Below, piece after piece: positions 1 through 9,362 of a stretch of DNA of 64,000 bases. The notes under the pieces were generated by a model. The model did not search any database, was not told the origin of the DNA, and saw nothing but the letters and a program-made list of their open reading frames with translations. The stretch lies in the NCBI GenBank assembly GCA_002773725.1, contig PFAH01000005.1:17456-81455 (forward strand), given 5' to 3'. Each line of letters begins with the position of its first letter. Within the stretch, counting starts at the first letter, position 1. This DNA is from Candidatus Colwellbacteria bacterium CG10_big_fil_rev_8_21_14_0_10_42_22 (GTDB lineage Bacteria > Patescibacteriota > Minisyncoccia > UBA6257 > Colwellbacteraceae). The translations under genes and the position numbers were made by a program.

Positions 1-375
1 AGCCATCGCCAAAACCATTTTGCGTAAGTTTTCAACTTGTTTTTCGTGTCCGCGATATTTAACTCCTCCAATCTTGGTAACGCCCCCAACAAGAAAAGAT
101 ATGTCTTCACCGAATTCTTTACGTAATTCTTCCTCTGTGACGGGCGTATCTTCAACTACGTCATGCAAAAGACCAGCTGCAATTGTATTATCGTCCAAAC
201 CCCAATCATTCAGGGTTTTGCCCGTTGCGAGGGCATGGTTAAAAAATGGTTCACCACTTTTTCGCATTTGCCCCCTATGAGCTTTCTCTGCAAAAACATA
301 AGCTTCACCAACCACACCTTTCCTGTTTTTTAGAGAAACGCTTTCTTTTTGTTCCTTCTTTCTTCGGGATGCCAT
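1..375 (-). CDS. relA: RelA/SpoT family (p)ppGpp synthetase/hydrolase, N-terminal HD domain (runs off window start)
   Basis: Manual translation from ATG at 375: MASRRK...AEKAHRGQMRKSGEPFFNH...AGLLHDVVEDT...ENLRKMVLAMA, the typical RSH HD-domain motifs. Confidence 0.88.
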   Translation of the reverse strand, partial: MASRRKKEQKESVSLKNRKGVVGEAYVFAEKAHRGQMRKSGEPFFNHALATGKTLNDWGLDDNTIAAGLLHDVVEDTPVTEEELRKEFGEDISFLVGGVTKIGGVKYRGHEKQVENLRKMVLAMA

Positions 376-433
376 TATTTAGACAGTATCAATCAAACCG
401 TCCCATATCACAAGATGTTTGGGGTCCTCCCTT

Positions 434-646
434 TTAGTTGGGTAAATTCAAGCTCTTAAATTCTTCAATGTTAAATTTTATTCCCCCCTCTCCCTCTTCT
501 AGGGGAGAAAAGCCCATGAACATATGGTTGCTTAAAAATACGATAGAAAAGATAGAGATTCCTATTATTAAAACAATTAATAAACCAGAAATAACTACAA
601 ACCATCTATCCATACTCAATTTCAGTTTTAAATTAGCTTTAGTCAT
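434..646 (-). CDS. small single-pass membrane protein
   Basis: 70-aa ORF with one long hydrophobic stretch; overlaps the stop of the upstream PilO-like gene. Confidence 0.6.
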   Translation of the reverse strand: MTKANLKLKLSMDRWFVVISGLLIVLIIGISIFSIVFLSNHMFMGFSPLEEGEGGIKFNIEEFKSLNLPN

Positions 647-1184
647 AGAAGAATACCAAACTGCTAATAGTGGCTCTATATTCTTTACCCGATCCCGTTA
701 AATCAACACCACTAAGTTTAACCAAAAACTTATTACTATTTTCGATATCTTTAATGAAACTCAAAATGTTTTGAAAAGAACCATTATTAACAACCCTAAA
801 AGCACTTTGTCCAGGAGCATCTGGCCCAGAGGAGGTTTCTTCGCCGGTAAAAGAGAATTGAGTATTAACTCCATTACTTTTGCTGATGCTTTCTAAATAA
901 TCAGAGAAAGAAAAAAGTTCTTCCCGTTGAGGTAAGATATTTTGAAGAACTACATAGGCGCTTTTCGCCTCATCAGCCGTTTTTCTTAAATCAGCCAATC
1001 TAGATATGGACTCCGAACGTGATGCTATGCGACCTCGTTCCTGTCGTAGAGATTCGGCCCGATCTTCAACTTCCCCTCCTAGAGATACAAGCAAAGGCAC
1101 AATAAAGACAAAAAAACCTACTATTATTGAAAGGTTGATAATTGTTTTTGGGGTTAGATATTTAGAAAAATTAAACTCCGTCAC
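639..1184 (-). CDS. PilO-like type IV pilus alignment protein
   Basis: N-terminal TM, coiled coil, then LP..EE and GSFQNILSFIKDIEN, as in PilO/GspM folds. Confidence 0.65.
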   Translation of the reverse strand: MTEFNFSKYLTPKTIINLSIIVGFFVFIVPLLVSLGGEVEDRAESLRQERGRIASRSESISRLADLRKTADEAKSAYVVLQNILPQREELFSFSDYLESISKSNGVNTQFSFTGEETSSGPDAPGQSAFRVVNNGSFQNILSFIKDIENSNKFLVKLSGVDLTGSGKEYRATISSLVFFYD

Positions 1185-1215
1185 TTTTTAATATGATATA
1201 TTAGATGTCATCTGC

Positions 1216-2088
1216 ATGCTACACCGGTCTATCAAAATAGAAGAACCTGAATATCCGACCATACTTAGAGAGATACAAGATCCACCCGAAACACTTTTTA
1301 TTAGAGGGGAACTCGCATCTTTAAGAAATAAATGTCTATCCATAGTCGGCACTCGCAAAGCTTCGAGAGAAGGCATGCATACCGCCGAAGAGTTTGCTTT
1401 TAGTTTAGCGCGTTTAGAGGTTACCATTATTAGCGGATTAGCGGCTGGGATTGATGCGGTCTCCCACAAAGGTGCTTTGAGGGCAGGTGGCAATACTGTG
1501 GCTGTTTTGGGGACTGGTATAGATAAAATTTATCCTGCTCAAAATCAAAATCTCGCCCAAGAAATTATTAAATCAAAAGGGGCCATTTTATCAGAGTATC
1601 CGCCCGGGGAACCCTCGTATAAAGGAAACTTTTTAAGAAGAAATCGTATTATCAGCGGTTTATCAAGCGCTACATTAGTTGTGGAAGCACCGGCAAGGTC
1701 AGGATCTTTAGCCACTGCTAGATTTGCGGCTGAACAGGGAAGAGAGGTTTTTGTAGTTCCTGGTCCACACAAAAATTTTAATTTTGCAGGATCACATGCC
1801 CTAATTCGAGATGGGGCGATTCTTACAACATCTCCAGTCGAACTAGCTCAAGATATGAATTGGCTTGATGTTGGCTCAAAAGAGGGTACAGAACCCCAAA
1901 CCCTCTACGAACTAAACCCTGAAGAAACAATTGTGTTTGAGACGATTCACAGAGAAGGGGCGTCCCTTAAAGTTGACAAGATAATAGAGTTAACTAAACT
2001 TGAGCCCCGTACAGTCAACGTTTGTCTTGCATCGTTGATTATTAAAGAACTGGTTCTGGAAGAAGGAACAGGTTATAAACTTAAATAG
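1216..2088 (+). CDS. dprA: DNA-processing protein DprA
   Basis: YP..LREI.DPP, IVGTRK, SGLA.GID, RNRIISGLS, SGSL.TA motifs. Confidence 0.95.
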   Translation: MLHRSIKIEEPEYPTILREIQDPPETLFIRGELASLRNKCLSIVGTRKASREGMHTAEEFAFSLARLEVTIISGLAAGIDAVSHKGALRAGGNTVAVLGTGIDKIYPAQNQNLAQEIIKSKGAILSEYPPGEPSYKGNFLRRNRIISGLSSATLVVEAPARSGSLATARFAAEQGREVFVVPGPHKNFNFAGSHALIRDGAILTTSPVELAQDMNWLDVGSKEGTEPQTLYELNPEETIVFETIHREGASLKVDKIIELTKLEPRTVNVCLASLIIKELVLEEGTGYKLK

Positions 2089-2090
2089 AT

Positions 2091-4073
2091 ATGAAGCTCG
2101 TTATAGTTGAATCGCCCACTAAAGCCAAAACCATTGGTAAGTTTTTGGGTAAAGGGTATCAATTGGAATCTTCTTACGGTCATGTTAGGGATTTACCCAA
2201 GGGCAAACTGGGGGTTGATGAAGAGAAAAACTTCGAACCCGGCTATGTTATCCCAACCAAATCTAGGAAAAGGGTTAATCAACTTAAGAAAACTGCCACT
2301 GACGCCGAAGAGGTTATTCTTGCTACTGATGAAGACAGGGAAGGGGAAGCTATCGCTTGGCATTTGGTGTATGCATTGGGACTAGAAGACCAAGAAAATA
2401 TTAAGCGTATTGTTTTTCACGAGATTACCAAGTCGGCTATAGAGGGGGCCCTAGCTAAACCAAGAAAAATCAATACAAATTTGGTGGATGCCCAGCAAGC
2501 GAGAAGGATTATAGACCGATTAGTGGGGTATAAACTTTCTCCTTTTCTTTGGAAAAAGATTAGGGGTGGGTTATCTGCCGGTAGGGTCCAGTCGGTAGCG
2601 TTAAAGCTGATAGTCGATCGCGAGGAAGAGATAAGAAAATTCAAGCCACAAGAATATTGGACAATCAAGGCAAAGCTCGAAGCGAGCAAAGGAAGCTTTG
2701 AGGCAGAGCTCAATAAAATTGGTTCTAGGAAATTAGACAAACTAGATATTAAAAAAGCCAGAGACGCTCAATTAATAGCAAATGATATTCAAAGATCAGA
2801 AAGCGCTGTTCTTTCTGTAGTTAAAAAACCGACCACTCGTAAGCCCTTACCACCATTTATCACTAGCACTCTTCAGCAGGATGCATCGAGACGTCTTAGG
2901 TTCTCTGCTAAAAAGACGATGATGGTAGCTCAAAAACTTTATGAAAGAGGACTCATCACTTATATGAGAACCGATTCGGTTAATCTCTCAAGAGAAGCAA
3001 TCGCAGTTGCCAAAGATTGGTTGGCTAAAAACCTAGGAGCCCAATATAGCTCATCTTCGCCTAGGGTCTATAAATCAAGGTCAAAATTAGCTCAAGAGGC
3101 ACACGAAGCTATCAGGCCAACGAACCCTGCTTTGTCTCCAGAGGATACTAAAGGAACGGATGACGAGAAAAAACTCTACGATCTAATTTGGAGGCGCTTT
3201 ATGGCATCTCAAATGCCGGATGCAAAATTTGAGCAAACAACTATAGACGTTAGAGCCAAGGGCGTAAAAGAAACATACAACCTAAGAGCCAACGGTAACA
3301 TTATGAAGTTCGACGGCTTCTTAAGGGTTTGGTTAGGCAAAGGCGAGGACGTGGAGCTTCCTGATGTTGAAAAACAGGAGCAATTAAAAGTTTTGAAAAC
3401 TACACCCGATCAACATTTTACCGAACCTCCTGCTAGGTTTAACGAGGCCTCTTTAATTAAAACCCTCGAAGAATATGGTATTGGTCGACCTTCAACCTAT
3501 GCACCCATCATCTCCGTTATTCAAAACAGGGGATATGTGATTAAGGACAAAAATAGGCGATTCGAACCGGAGGAAATAGGAGAGTTGGTCAACAAAATTC
3601 TCGCCGAACATTTTCCCAATATCGTTGACATAGATTTTACTGCCCGAATGGAAGAAGAATTTGATGAGGTAGCCGAAGGGATAGAGAAATGGAGGGATGT
3701 TGTTAAAGAATTCTACGAACCATTTATAGAAAATCTGGACAAAAAATATACAGAAGTTAAAAAAGAAGAGATAGCAGAAGAACAGACAGATGTGGATTGC
3801 GATGATTGTGGCAAGAAAATGATTATCAAGTTTGGGCGATTTGGTAAGTTTATGGCATGTTCGGGATATCCAGAGTGTAAAAATACCAAGACCCTAAAAG
3901 AACCACCAGAAAAAATTGGACTTAATTGTCCCGAGTGTCACGAAGGAGATATTATCAAGCGATTCACTAAGAGAAGAAAGATATTTTACGGGTGTAGCCG
4001 ATATCCTAAATGTGATTATGCTAGCTGGGATGATCCGCGAGAGAAGAAGGAAGAAAAAGGAGATAAAAAATAG
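2091..4073 (+). CDS. topA: DNA topoisomerase I
   Basis: LVIVESPTKAKTI, ATDEDREGE, SAGRVQS, ITYMRTDS and C-terminal Zn ribbons. Confidence 0.97.
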   Translation: MKLVIVESPTKAKTIGKFLGKGYQLESSYGHVRDLPKGKLGVDEEKNFEPGYVIPTKSRKRVNQLKKTATDAEEVILATDEDREGEAIAWHLVYALGLEDQENIKRIVFHEITKSAIEGALAKPRKINTNLVDAQQARRIIDRLVGYKLSPFLWKKIRGGLSAGRVQSVALKLIVDREEEIRKFKPQEYWTIKAKLEASKGSFEAELNKIGSRKLDKLDIKKARDAQLIANDIQRSESAVLSVVKKPTTRKPLPPFITSTLQQDASRRLRFSAKKTMMVAQKLYERGLITYMRTDSVNLSREAIAVAKDWLAKNLGAQYSSSSPRVYKSRSKLAQEAHEAIRPTNPALSPEDTKGTDDEKKLYDLIWRRFMASQMPDAKFEQTTIDVRAKGVKETYNLRANGNIMKFDGFLRVWLGKGEDVELPDVEKQEQLKVLKTTPDQHFTEPPARFNEASLIKTLEEYGIGRPSTYAPIISVIQNRGYVIKDKNRRFEPEEIGELVNKILAEHFPNIVDIDFTARMEEEFDEVAEGIEKWRDVVKEFYEPFIENLDKKYTEVKKEEIAEEQTDVDCDDCGKKMIIKFGRFGKFMACSGYPECKNTKTLKEPPEKIGLNCPECHEGDIIKRFTKRRKIFYGCSRYPKCDYASWDDPREKKEEKGDKK

Positions 4074-4075
4074 AG

Positions 4076-4147
4076 TGGGTGATATAGGGATCGAACCTAT
4101 GGCCTCTGCCGTGTGAAGGCAGCGCTCTACCACTGAGCTAATCACCC
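4076..4147 (-). tRNA. tRNA-Val(CAC)
   Basis: Cloverleaf GGGTGATTAGCTCAGTGGTAGAGCG CTGCC TT CAC AC GGCAG ... GTTCGATCC. Confidence 0.93.
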
Positions 4148-4172
4148 CCGCCCACCGACAGGTAGGCCCTGG

Positions 4173-4249
4173 TGGTGGGTGATACAGGACTCGAACCTGT
4201 GACCTCTTCCGTGTCGAGGAAGCGCTCTAGCCAACTGAGCTAATCACCC
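4173..4249 (-). tRNA. tRNA-Val(GAC)
   Basis: Cloverleaf, anticodon arm CTTCC TC GAC AC GGAAG, encoded CCA. Confidence 0.93.
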
Positions 4250-4261
4250 ATGTTTTCGGGG

Positions 4262-4336
4262 TGGGCGCACCTGGATTCGAACCAGGGACCTCTATCTTAT
4301 CAGGATAGCGCTCTAACCAAGCTGAGCTATGCGCCC
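4262..4336 (-). tRNA. tRNA-Ile(GAT)
   Basis: Cloverleaf, anticodon arm CTATC CT GAT AA GATAG, T-loop GGTTCGAATCC. Confidence 0.93.
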
Positions 4337-4487
4337 GAACGAGACATGAAATATAAATCCAATCTATGTTTCATGTCGAATGATGGGCGCAGCACTTGTT
4401 GCTATGCACCATCAAACACCTTTGTAGATTATAGCTTATATAAACAGTCGGATTGGAGCAAGAGTTTAGTTTATAATGTTTATAAAT

Positions 4488-4655
4488 ATGAAAATCCCAG
4501 ACATATTTTTTAAAAGAATATTTTGGATAGGTGGAATCATTTTAGTTTTAGTGGGGCTCTTAAGCTTTTATGTTCGTTTTCAAACCCTTAAATATGATTT
4601 AAGGCAGGGCGAGGGATATGAGGCAGAGATTATTAATGAGCAACCTGCTCCGTAG
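4488..4655 (+). CDS. 55-aa small membrane protein (below ORF-track cutoff)
   Basis: MKIPDIFFKRIFWIGGIILVLVGLLSFYVRF...PAP*; one TM; TATAAT at 4472-4477 just upstream. Confidence 0.6.
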   Translation: MKIPDIFFKRIFWIGGIILVLVGLLSFYVRFQTLKYDLRQGEGYEAEIINEQPAP

Positions 4656-4688
4656 TAGCATAATCGCTCTACGAGGTATAATAAAAAT

Positions 4689-5108
4689 ATGCCAAGAATA
4701 GATTTAATAGCAGTATTAATAGCAGGGGTTATCAGTATGGGATTTGGAATGCTTTGGTATGGACCTTTGTTTGGAAAGAGGTGGTCTCGTTTAATGGGTT
4801 TTAGCACTGATAAGCTCGAGGAAATGAAAAAACGAGGCATGTTTAAGATTTCTTTAATCGCTTTTATCACAGAACTAATAACCGCTTACGTTTTGGCATA
4901 TTTAATAGCCCTTACTGGCTCTTATGCCCTGCCCGTTTTGGTAAGTTTAATTTTTTGGCTTTGGATAGGACTATTGGTGCCAATTTTAGTCGGCGCTACT
5001 CTATGGGAAGGCAAGCCCATAGGACTTCTTATAATAAATATGAGCTATCACCTTTTAACACTTTCCATTATGGGTCTAGTTATTGTTTATTGGGCCACCT
5101 GGTCTTAA
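4689..5108 (+). CDS. DUF1761-like membrane protein
   Basis: G.LWYGPLFGK.W motif and four hydrophobic helices. Confidence 0.8.
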   Translation: MPRIDLIAVLIAGVISMGFGMLWYGPLFGKRWSRLMGFSTDKLEEMKKRGMFKISLIAFITELITAYVLAYLIALTGSYALPVLVSLIFWLWIGLLVPILVGATLWEGKPIGLLIINMSYHLLTLSIMGLVIVYWATWS

Positions 5109-5127
5109 ATAAACCACACTTGTGTTT

Positions 5128-5844
5128 ATGGATATAAACGTCATATACGAAGACGAAAATTTAATTGTAATTAATAAACCAGCCGGGCTTTTGGTGCATT
5201 CTGCCCCTGGTAGAGAAGAAGAGACCCTAGTTGACTGGCTAGGGATAAACTTTCCAGAAATTCAAGATGTCGGAGACATACCTGCCGATAAGCAGGTGAC
5301 CGTTCGACGTCCCGGCATAGTGCATCGGCTTGATAAAGATACATCGGGTATCATGCTCATCGCTCGCAACCAAGAATACTTCGAATACTTAAAAGGACTT
5401 TTTCGGGATAAAAAGATTACCAAAACATATAGAGCAATTATACGAGGCAAGTTAAAAGAAAAAGAGGGGACAATAGATGTCCCTATTAGTATCAAATCAG
5501 GTACTATTAAGCGCACCGCCCACAAGGGCAAGGACGCTAAAGAAGCAATCACCGACTACCGCGTATTAAAAGAGTTCGAAAACTTTAGTTACATTGAAGC
5601 TATGCCCAAAACAGGCCGAACTCACCAAATTAGAGTTCACCTTAACTCCATTGGACACCCGGTGGTAGGAGACAAGCTCTATGGGGGCAAAGAAAATGCC
5701 TCTCTAGCCAATAGACAGATGCTCCATGCCTATTCATTGGAGTTTTCGCTCAATGTTAGTAAAAGCACTAAACTGGTAGCCGATTTACCACTTGATTTTG
5801 AGGAGTTTTTACAAACTCTTGAAAAAGAGACGTCTCTCGCGTAA
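5128..5844 (+). CDS. RluA/RluD family pseudouridine synthase
   Basis: INKPAGL.VH, HRLDKDTSG, TGRTHQIRVH, GD.LYG. Confidence 0.95.
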   Translation: MDINVIYEDENLIVINKPAGLLVHSAPGREEETLVDWLGINFPEIQDVGDIPADKQVTVRRPGIVHRLDKDTSGIMLIARNQEYFEYLKGLFRDKKITKTYRAIIRGKLKEKEGTIDVPISIKSGTIKRTAHKGKDAKEAITDYRVLKEFENFSYIEAMPKTGRTHQIRVHLNSIGHPVVGDKLYGGKENASLANRQMLHAYSLEFSLNVSKSTKLVADLPLDFEEFLQTLEKETSLA

Positions 5845-5856
5845 AGTTGTTACGCA

Positions 5857-6153
5857 ATGATTAATGCAGAAACACTAGAAAAGATACAACCGGGCGTTAG
5901 GGTCCGTGTTCACGACACAAATGGCCAATTTGAGGGTATCGTTTTGGCGCGCAAGCATGGCAAGGAGGCGGGCGCCACATTTACCGTTCGTGGCGAAGTT
6001 GCGAGTGTAAAGATGGAAAAGATTTATCCAATCTACACTCCGACTATTAAAAAAGTAGATATCCTCAAGAAACCCAAGAGAGTAAGGCGCTCTAAGCTGT
6101 ACTTCTTACGCAATCTTTCGGTTAAAAAGATTAAGCAAAAGCTTGGGGTCTAA
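5857..6153 (+). CDS. rplS: 50S ribosomal protein L19
   Basis: FEGIVLA, TFTVR, EKIYP, VRRSKLYFLR. Confidence 0.93.
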   Translation: MINAETLEKIQPGVRVRVHDTNGQFEGIVLARKHGKEAGATFTVRGEVASVKMEKIYPIYTPTIKKVDILKKPKRVRRSKLYFLRNLSVKKIKQKLGV

Positions 6154-6321
6154 TATAGAGATAGGGGGTTGTGGCATCTAAGATTCGCTAAGAAAGATGC
6201 TTAGGCATTTCTTGGTGAAATGTATCACACTGATGATGTCCCCAAACTAGAAAGGAAGTTTACTAAGGCACAGAAAATACTTAGAATAAATCAGTCCTAC
6301 GACATTGGGGACAAGTCATAA
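6154..6321 (+). pseudogene. possible C-terminal remnant of a tRNA-adjacent LAGLIDADG-like endonuclease
   Basis: Frame reads YRDRGLWHLRFAKKDA*AFLGEMYH...PKLERKFTKAQKIL with no start and an internal TAG; it ends 1 nt before tRNA-Leu. Family resemblance is from memory only. Confidence 0.35.
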
Positions 6322-6322
6322 A

Positions 6323-6410
6323 GCCCAGGTGGTGGAATTGGCATACACACTAGGTTGAGGGCCTAGGCTGCTTCGGTGGCGTGCGGGTTCGAGTCCCGCC
6401 CTGGGCACCA
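6323..6410 (+). tRNA. tRNA-Leu(GAG)
   Basis: GCCCAGG...CTAGG TT GAG GG CCTAG, long variable arm, GGTTCGAGTCC, ends CTGGGC ACCA. Confidence 0.93.
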
Positions 6411-6456
6411 ATATCAAGACATGGTCTAAAATTAATTTGTATTATACGATTCAAAT

Positions 6457-7578
6457 ATGAGATTCAATCCATTTTCTAAATCCGAAGACACTCTTGATGA
6501 GGAGGATGGAGGAGCGGAAGAAGAGCTTTCTTCAGAGGAAAAATTAAAACAACTTGCCTATTCTATGGAAGCCCTTGGTGTGCAAGGTGAGCAGATCATA
6601 GATATTTCTCCAGAGGTTCGTGAGCAACTAGAGAAAGTACACGAATTTAGAGATCCTGAGACCAAAGGAAGAATAGAGTATTTGTTAGCTAATCCTAGAG
6701 GAGAAAAGGGTACTATTTTGGTCAATAGCGACTTTACCGCTGATTCTAAAAACAGACCCACTAAAGAATTCTTGGCCTATATGGCAGAGATATATCCAGA
6801 CTATAAGATAATGTTTCCAATTCCTCCTGGTTATGGAACAGACCCATTGGGAACTTTCGTAAAGAGTCAAAGAAAGAAAGAAAGAAGAAGTATTTTTGGC
6901 CCATTTGCTAGACCCGCCTTAAGAGCGCTCGAAAGCATAGAGCCAGGAGAAGATATAATAATTTTTGGAGCATCTATGGGTTCTCATTTAGCCGTTGAGC
7001 AGGCGCTCGCAGCTCAAGACGGAGAAATAGATTTAGAAATCAATCAAGTCGTGCTATTAGCACCACCAGCAGAAAAAAAGGGTAGAAGTATTTTGGGAGC
7101 GATACGTTTAGGCAAGGATTTTGCTAAAGACGAAATGCGATCAAGAGAATTGCAGGAAGAATATCAATATATCAAGGATATTATTCCAGACGACGATGTT
7201 AAGAAAAAAGAGGCCTGGGAGAGACACGGCTTGAGTGGGGTAGTACACATGGCTAGGTATTCAATGCAACTAGCAAATTCACAATTCAATGAAGGGTTGG
7301 TAGATCTTGTACTTGGAACAGATATAGATGTACGTGTATTAGCGGGAAGCGAAGATAGTGTGGCCGGCTCCAAGCACCTTGGCCCAGCTATAGAAAAGAT
7401 TAAGGCAGGTGGAAAATCTTTAAAAAGAAAGGTTATGATTGGCTGGCGTCATGGCACAACGGCCGATATTCCAAGAAGGGTTGTGAATGTAATCCAAGAA
7501 ATAGGTAGGGGAGGTCCAGAGCTATTAGATGCCAAAATGATTGCAAAAAGGATGCAACTAAAAGAGAACGAAGAATAA
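6457..7578 (+). CDS. alpha/beta hydrolase-fold protein
   Basis: Nucleophile elbow IIIFGASMG, VVLLAPP, LAGSEDSV (Asp) and GWRHG (His) in canonical order. Confidence 0.7.
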   Translation: MRFNPFSKSEDTLDEEDGGAEEELSSEEKLKQLAYSMEALGVQGEQIIDISPEVREQLEKVHEFRDPETKGRIEYLLANPRGEKGTILVNSDFTADSKNRPTKEFLAYMAEIYPDYKIMFPIPPGYGTDPLGTFVKSQRKKERRSIFGPFARPALRALESIEPGEDIIIFGASMGSHLAVEQALAAQDGEIDLEINQVVLLAPPAEKKGRSILGAIRLGKDFAKDEMRSRELQEEYQYIKDIIPDDDVKKKEAWERHGLSGVVHMARYSMQLANSQFNEGLVDLVLGTDIDVRVLAGSEDSVAGSKHLGPAIEKIKAGGKSLKRKVMIGWRHGTTADIPRRVVNVIQEIGRGGPELLDAKMIAKRMQLKENEE

Positions 7579-7579
7579 T

Positions 7580-8602
7580 ATGACCACAAGAGAAGATTTA
7601 GAAAAAATAGAATTAGAGAACCCAGAGCATTGGAGGGAATTCTTCAAAGAAGTTTCAGCTATCCATTATGGACAACTCTGCCAAATGGTCGGTGAACACC
7701 TTTCGGGTTTTGGGGTTGAGGGGATAAAGATAAAACAAAAAGAGGGTTCGCCAAAATGGCTCTATGACGGACAAGGGCTCCCATCTCCTTCAGCTTGGGA
7801 GAACTGGGCAAGCACAGCCCTTGGTATATATGATGATCCACCCGGCAAAGAAAAAAAGGATAGAGAAGAGAAAAAAATCGCTGCAGCGGAAACATTTATA
7901 GGACTGGTTGAAATACTTTTAAGGCATGGCGAAAAGCTGTCTCCTGAACTACAAGAAGCGAGGGATGGATTGATGGAATATGGAGTTGAGATGCCTGAAC
8001 TAGCTGTATTTCTATCTCGCAAAGAAGCCGAGCAGGAAGAAAAAAAGGAAACACTGCCTCAGGCCAAGCCAGAGAGCGTAGACAAAGTAAGGGAACAAAT
8101 GAAGGGCGCAAGTGAACAAGAACAACGAAGAGATATGCTTGCCCTTTCAGTCGGTCTCATAGAAAAGCAAGGCATAGAAGAAACCATAGATGCTTTAATT
8201 GAGTTAGCTAGTGGTGCCGAGAGCGGTCCGATGCACGAACAATTAGAGAAAGTTCTTCTTAGTCGACCAGACCAAGAGGGCGTAGAAGACCTATCTCTTC
8301 AGCCGGCTGAAAGAATTAGATTATTAGCATATTTTATAATTGAAGGGTTAAGACATCCGGGTAGTGCGGAAAAAGAAAGAAGAGAGAGCGAGATTGAGTT
8401 AGAACGATTAGTTAAAGCTTTAATTAACGATTATAAGGAGGGGGGAGTAATAGCCAATCCGCTTATACACAGAATTATCGATGGAGTAGAGGGCCTTAAA
8501 GAAAACGATTTTAAAATATTTGTGACTGCACAATTAAAAGCGGCTGCTCGTACGATAGAAAAGTTGGCTAAAGAGAAGAGAAAACCCAAAAAGGAAGAAT
8601 AG
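7580..8602 (+). CDS. hypothetical acidic helical protein
   Basis: 340-aa ORF coupled to the upstream gene; no recognisable motif. Confidence 0.7.
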   Translation: MTTREDLEKIELENPEHWREFFKEVSAIHYGQLCQMVGEHLSGFGVEGIKIKQKEGSPKWLYDGQGLPSPSAWENWASTALGIYDDPPGKEKKDREEKKIAAAETFIGLVEILLRHGEKLSPELQEARDGLMEYGVEMPELAVFLSRKEAEQEEKKETLPQAKPESVDKVREQMKGASEQEQRRDMLALSVGLIEKQGIEETIDALIELASGAESGPMHEQLEKVLLSRPDQEGVEDLSLQPAERIRLLAYFIIEGLRHPGSAEKERRESEIELERLVKALINDYKEGGVIANPLIHRIIDGVEGLKENDFKIFVTAQLKAAARTIEKLAKEKRKPKKEE

Positions 8603-8609
8603 ACAAATC

Positions 8610-8638
8610 AAAAGCCCGCCTTTCGGCGGGCTTTCTTT
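8610..8638. terminator. intrinsic terminator, probably bidirectional
   Basis: AAAAGCCCGCC-TTTC-GGCGGGCTTTCTTT between convergent genes. Confidence 0.85.
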
Positions 8639-8667
8639 AATTTACCTAATTACTTATCAGGACTCAG

Positions 8668-9135
8668 CTACAAGATCTCAACCTTGGCCTTCTTAAGGCC
8701 AAAGTGGACTGCTTCTGCGCGAGTAGAGAACCAAACGTCGATTCTGTCTTGGTGGCGATTATGCATGCGGTCTTCCACAACGAATACTCGATCACCGAAG
8801 ATTTCAGGAATGCGAATCTTGGTTCCGATTGGTAGCCAGTTAGCCGCCACAATTCCATCTCGGACAGTTGTACCGGAAGCAGTCACAAAAGGAGTGCTGT
8901 CGGTTTGTCTGACCTCGCTGGAGTAGGCGGTAATAGTGGCATCAACCACTCGTCTAGCGTCTGAATCAATGCTGGTCTTTGATGTGGCAACCGGACTCTC
9001 ATTAAGTAGGGCAGCGCCATTATCGGCGAGCACTCCTTCGACGGTTTCCGGTGCGGGAGCAGCATCGATGACAATACTTGAACTTAATGTTCCTAGAATA
9101 AGTAGAAGCGTAGCTGAGATTATGTATCTACTCAT
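8668..9135 (-). CDS. exported 3D-domain (cell-wall lytic transglycosylase-like) protein
   Basis: Signal peptide; TAYSS..QTD.TPF.TASG, VAAN.LP.GT, VEDRM, IDVW. Confidence 0.88.
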   Translation of the reverse strand: MSRYIISATLLLILGTLSSSIVIDAAPAPETVEGVLADNGAALLNESPVATSKTSIDSDARRVVDATITAYSSEVRQTDSTPFVTASGTTVRDGIVAANWLPIGTKIRIPEIFGDRVFVVEDRMHNRHQDRIDVWFSTRAEAVHFGLKKAKVEIL

Positions 9136-9215
9136 TTTTTAGTGTCTGCCTTTCGGTAGACATATGCCCAGATATACTAGGCATTTAAAAACCCCCTTTC
9201 TGGGGATTCGATAGA

Positions 9216-9244
9216 ATCCTATCATATCCAACGCCAAAAGTCAA
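9216..9244 (-). promoter_or_regulatory. sigma70 promoter of the 3D-domain gene
   Basis: Minus strand TTGACT-17 nt-TAGGAT, with TG in the extended -10 position. Confidence 0.6.
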
Positions 9245-9362
9245 ATCCCCACACCTAATGACAATTTGCTATTAAAAACGGCTTATTTAAGCGCTAAAAC
9301 AGTACCTTATTGCCATTAGGTGCGTGAATTAACCTACCCTAAATTAGTGATAGAATAAACTC

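Noticed and set aside
6400-8667. Integrated island at tRNA-Leu
   Set aside because: No integrase and no repeat of the tRNA 3' end
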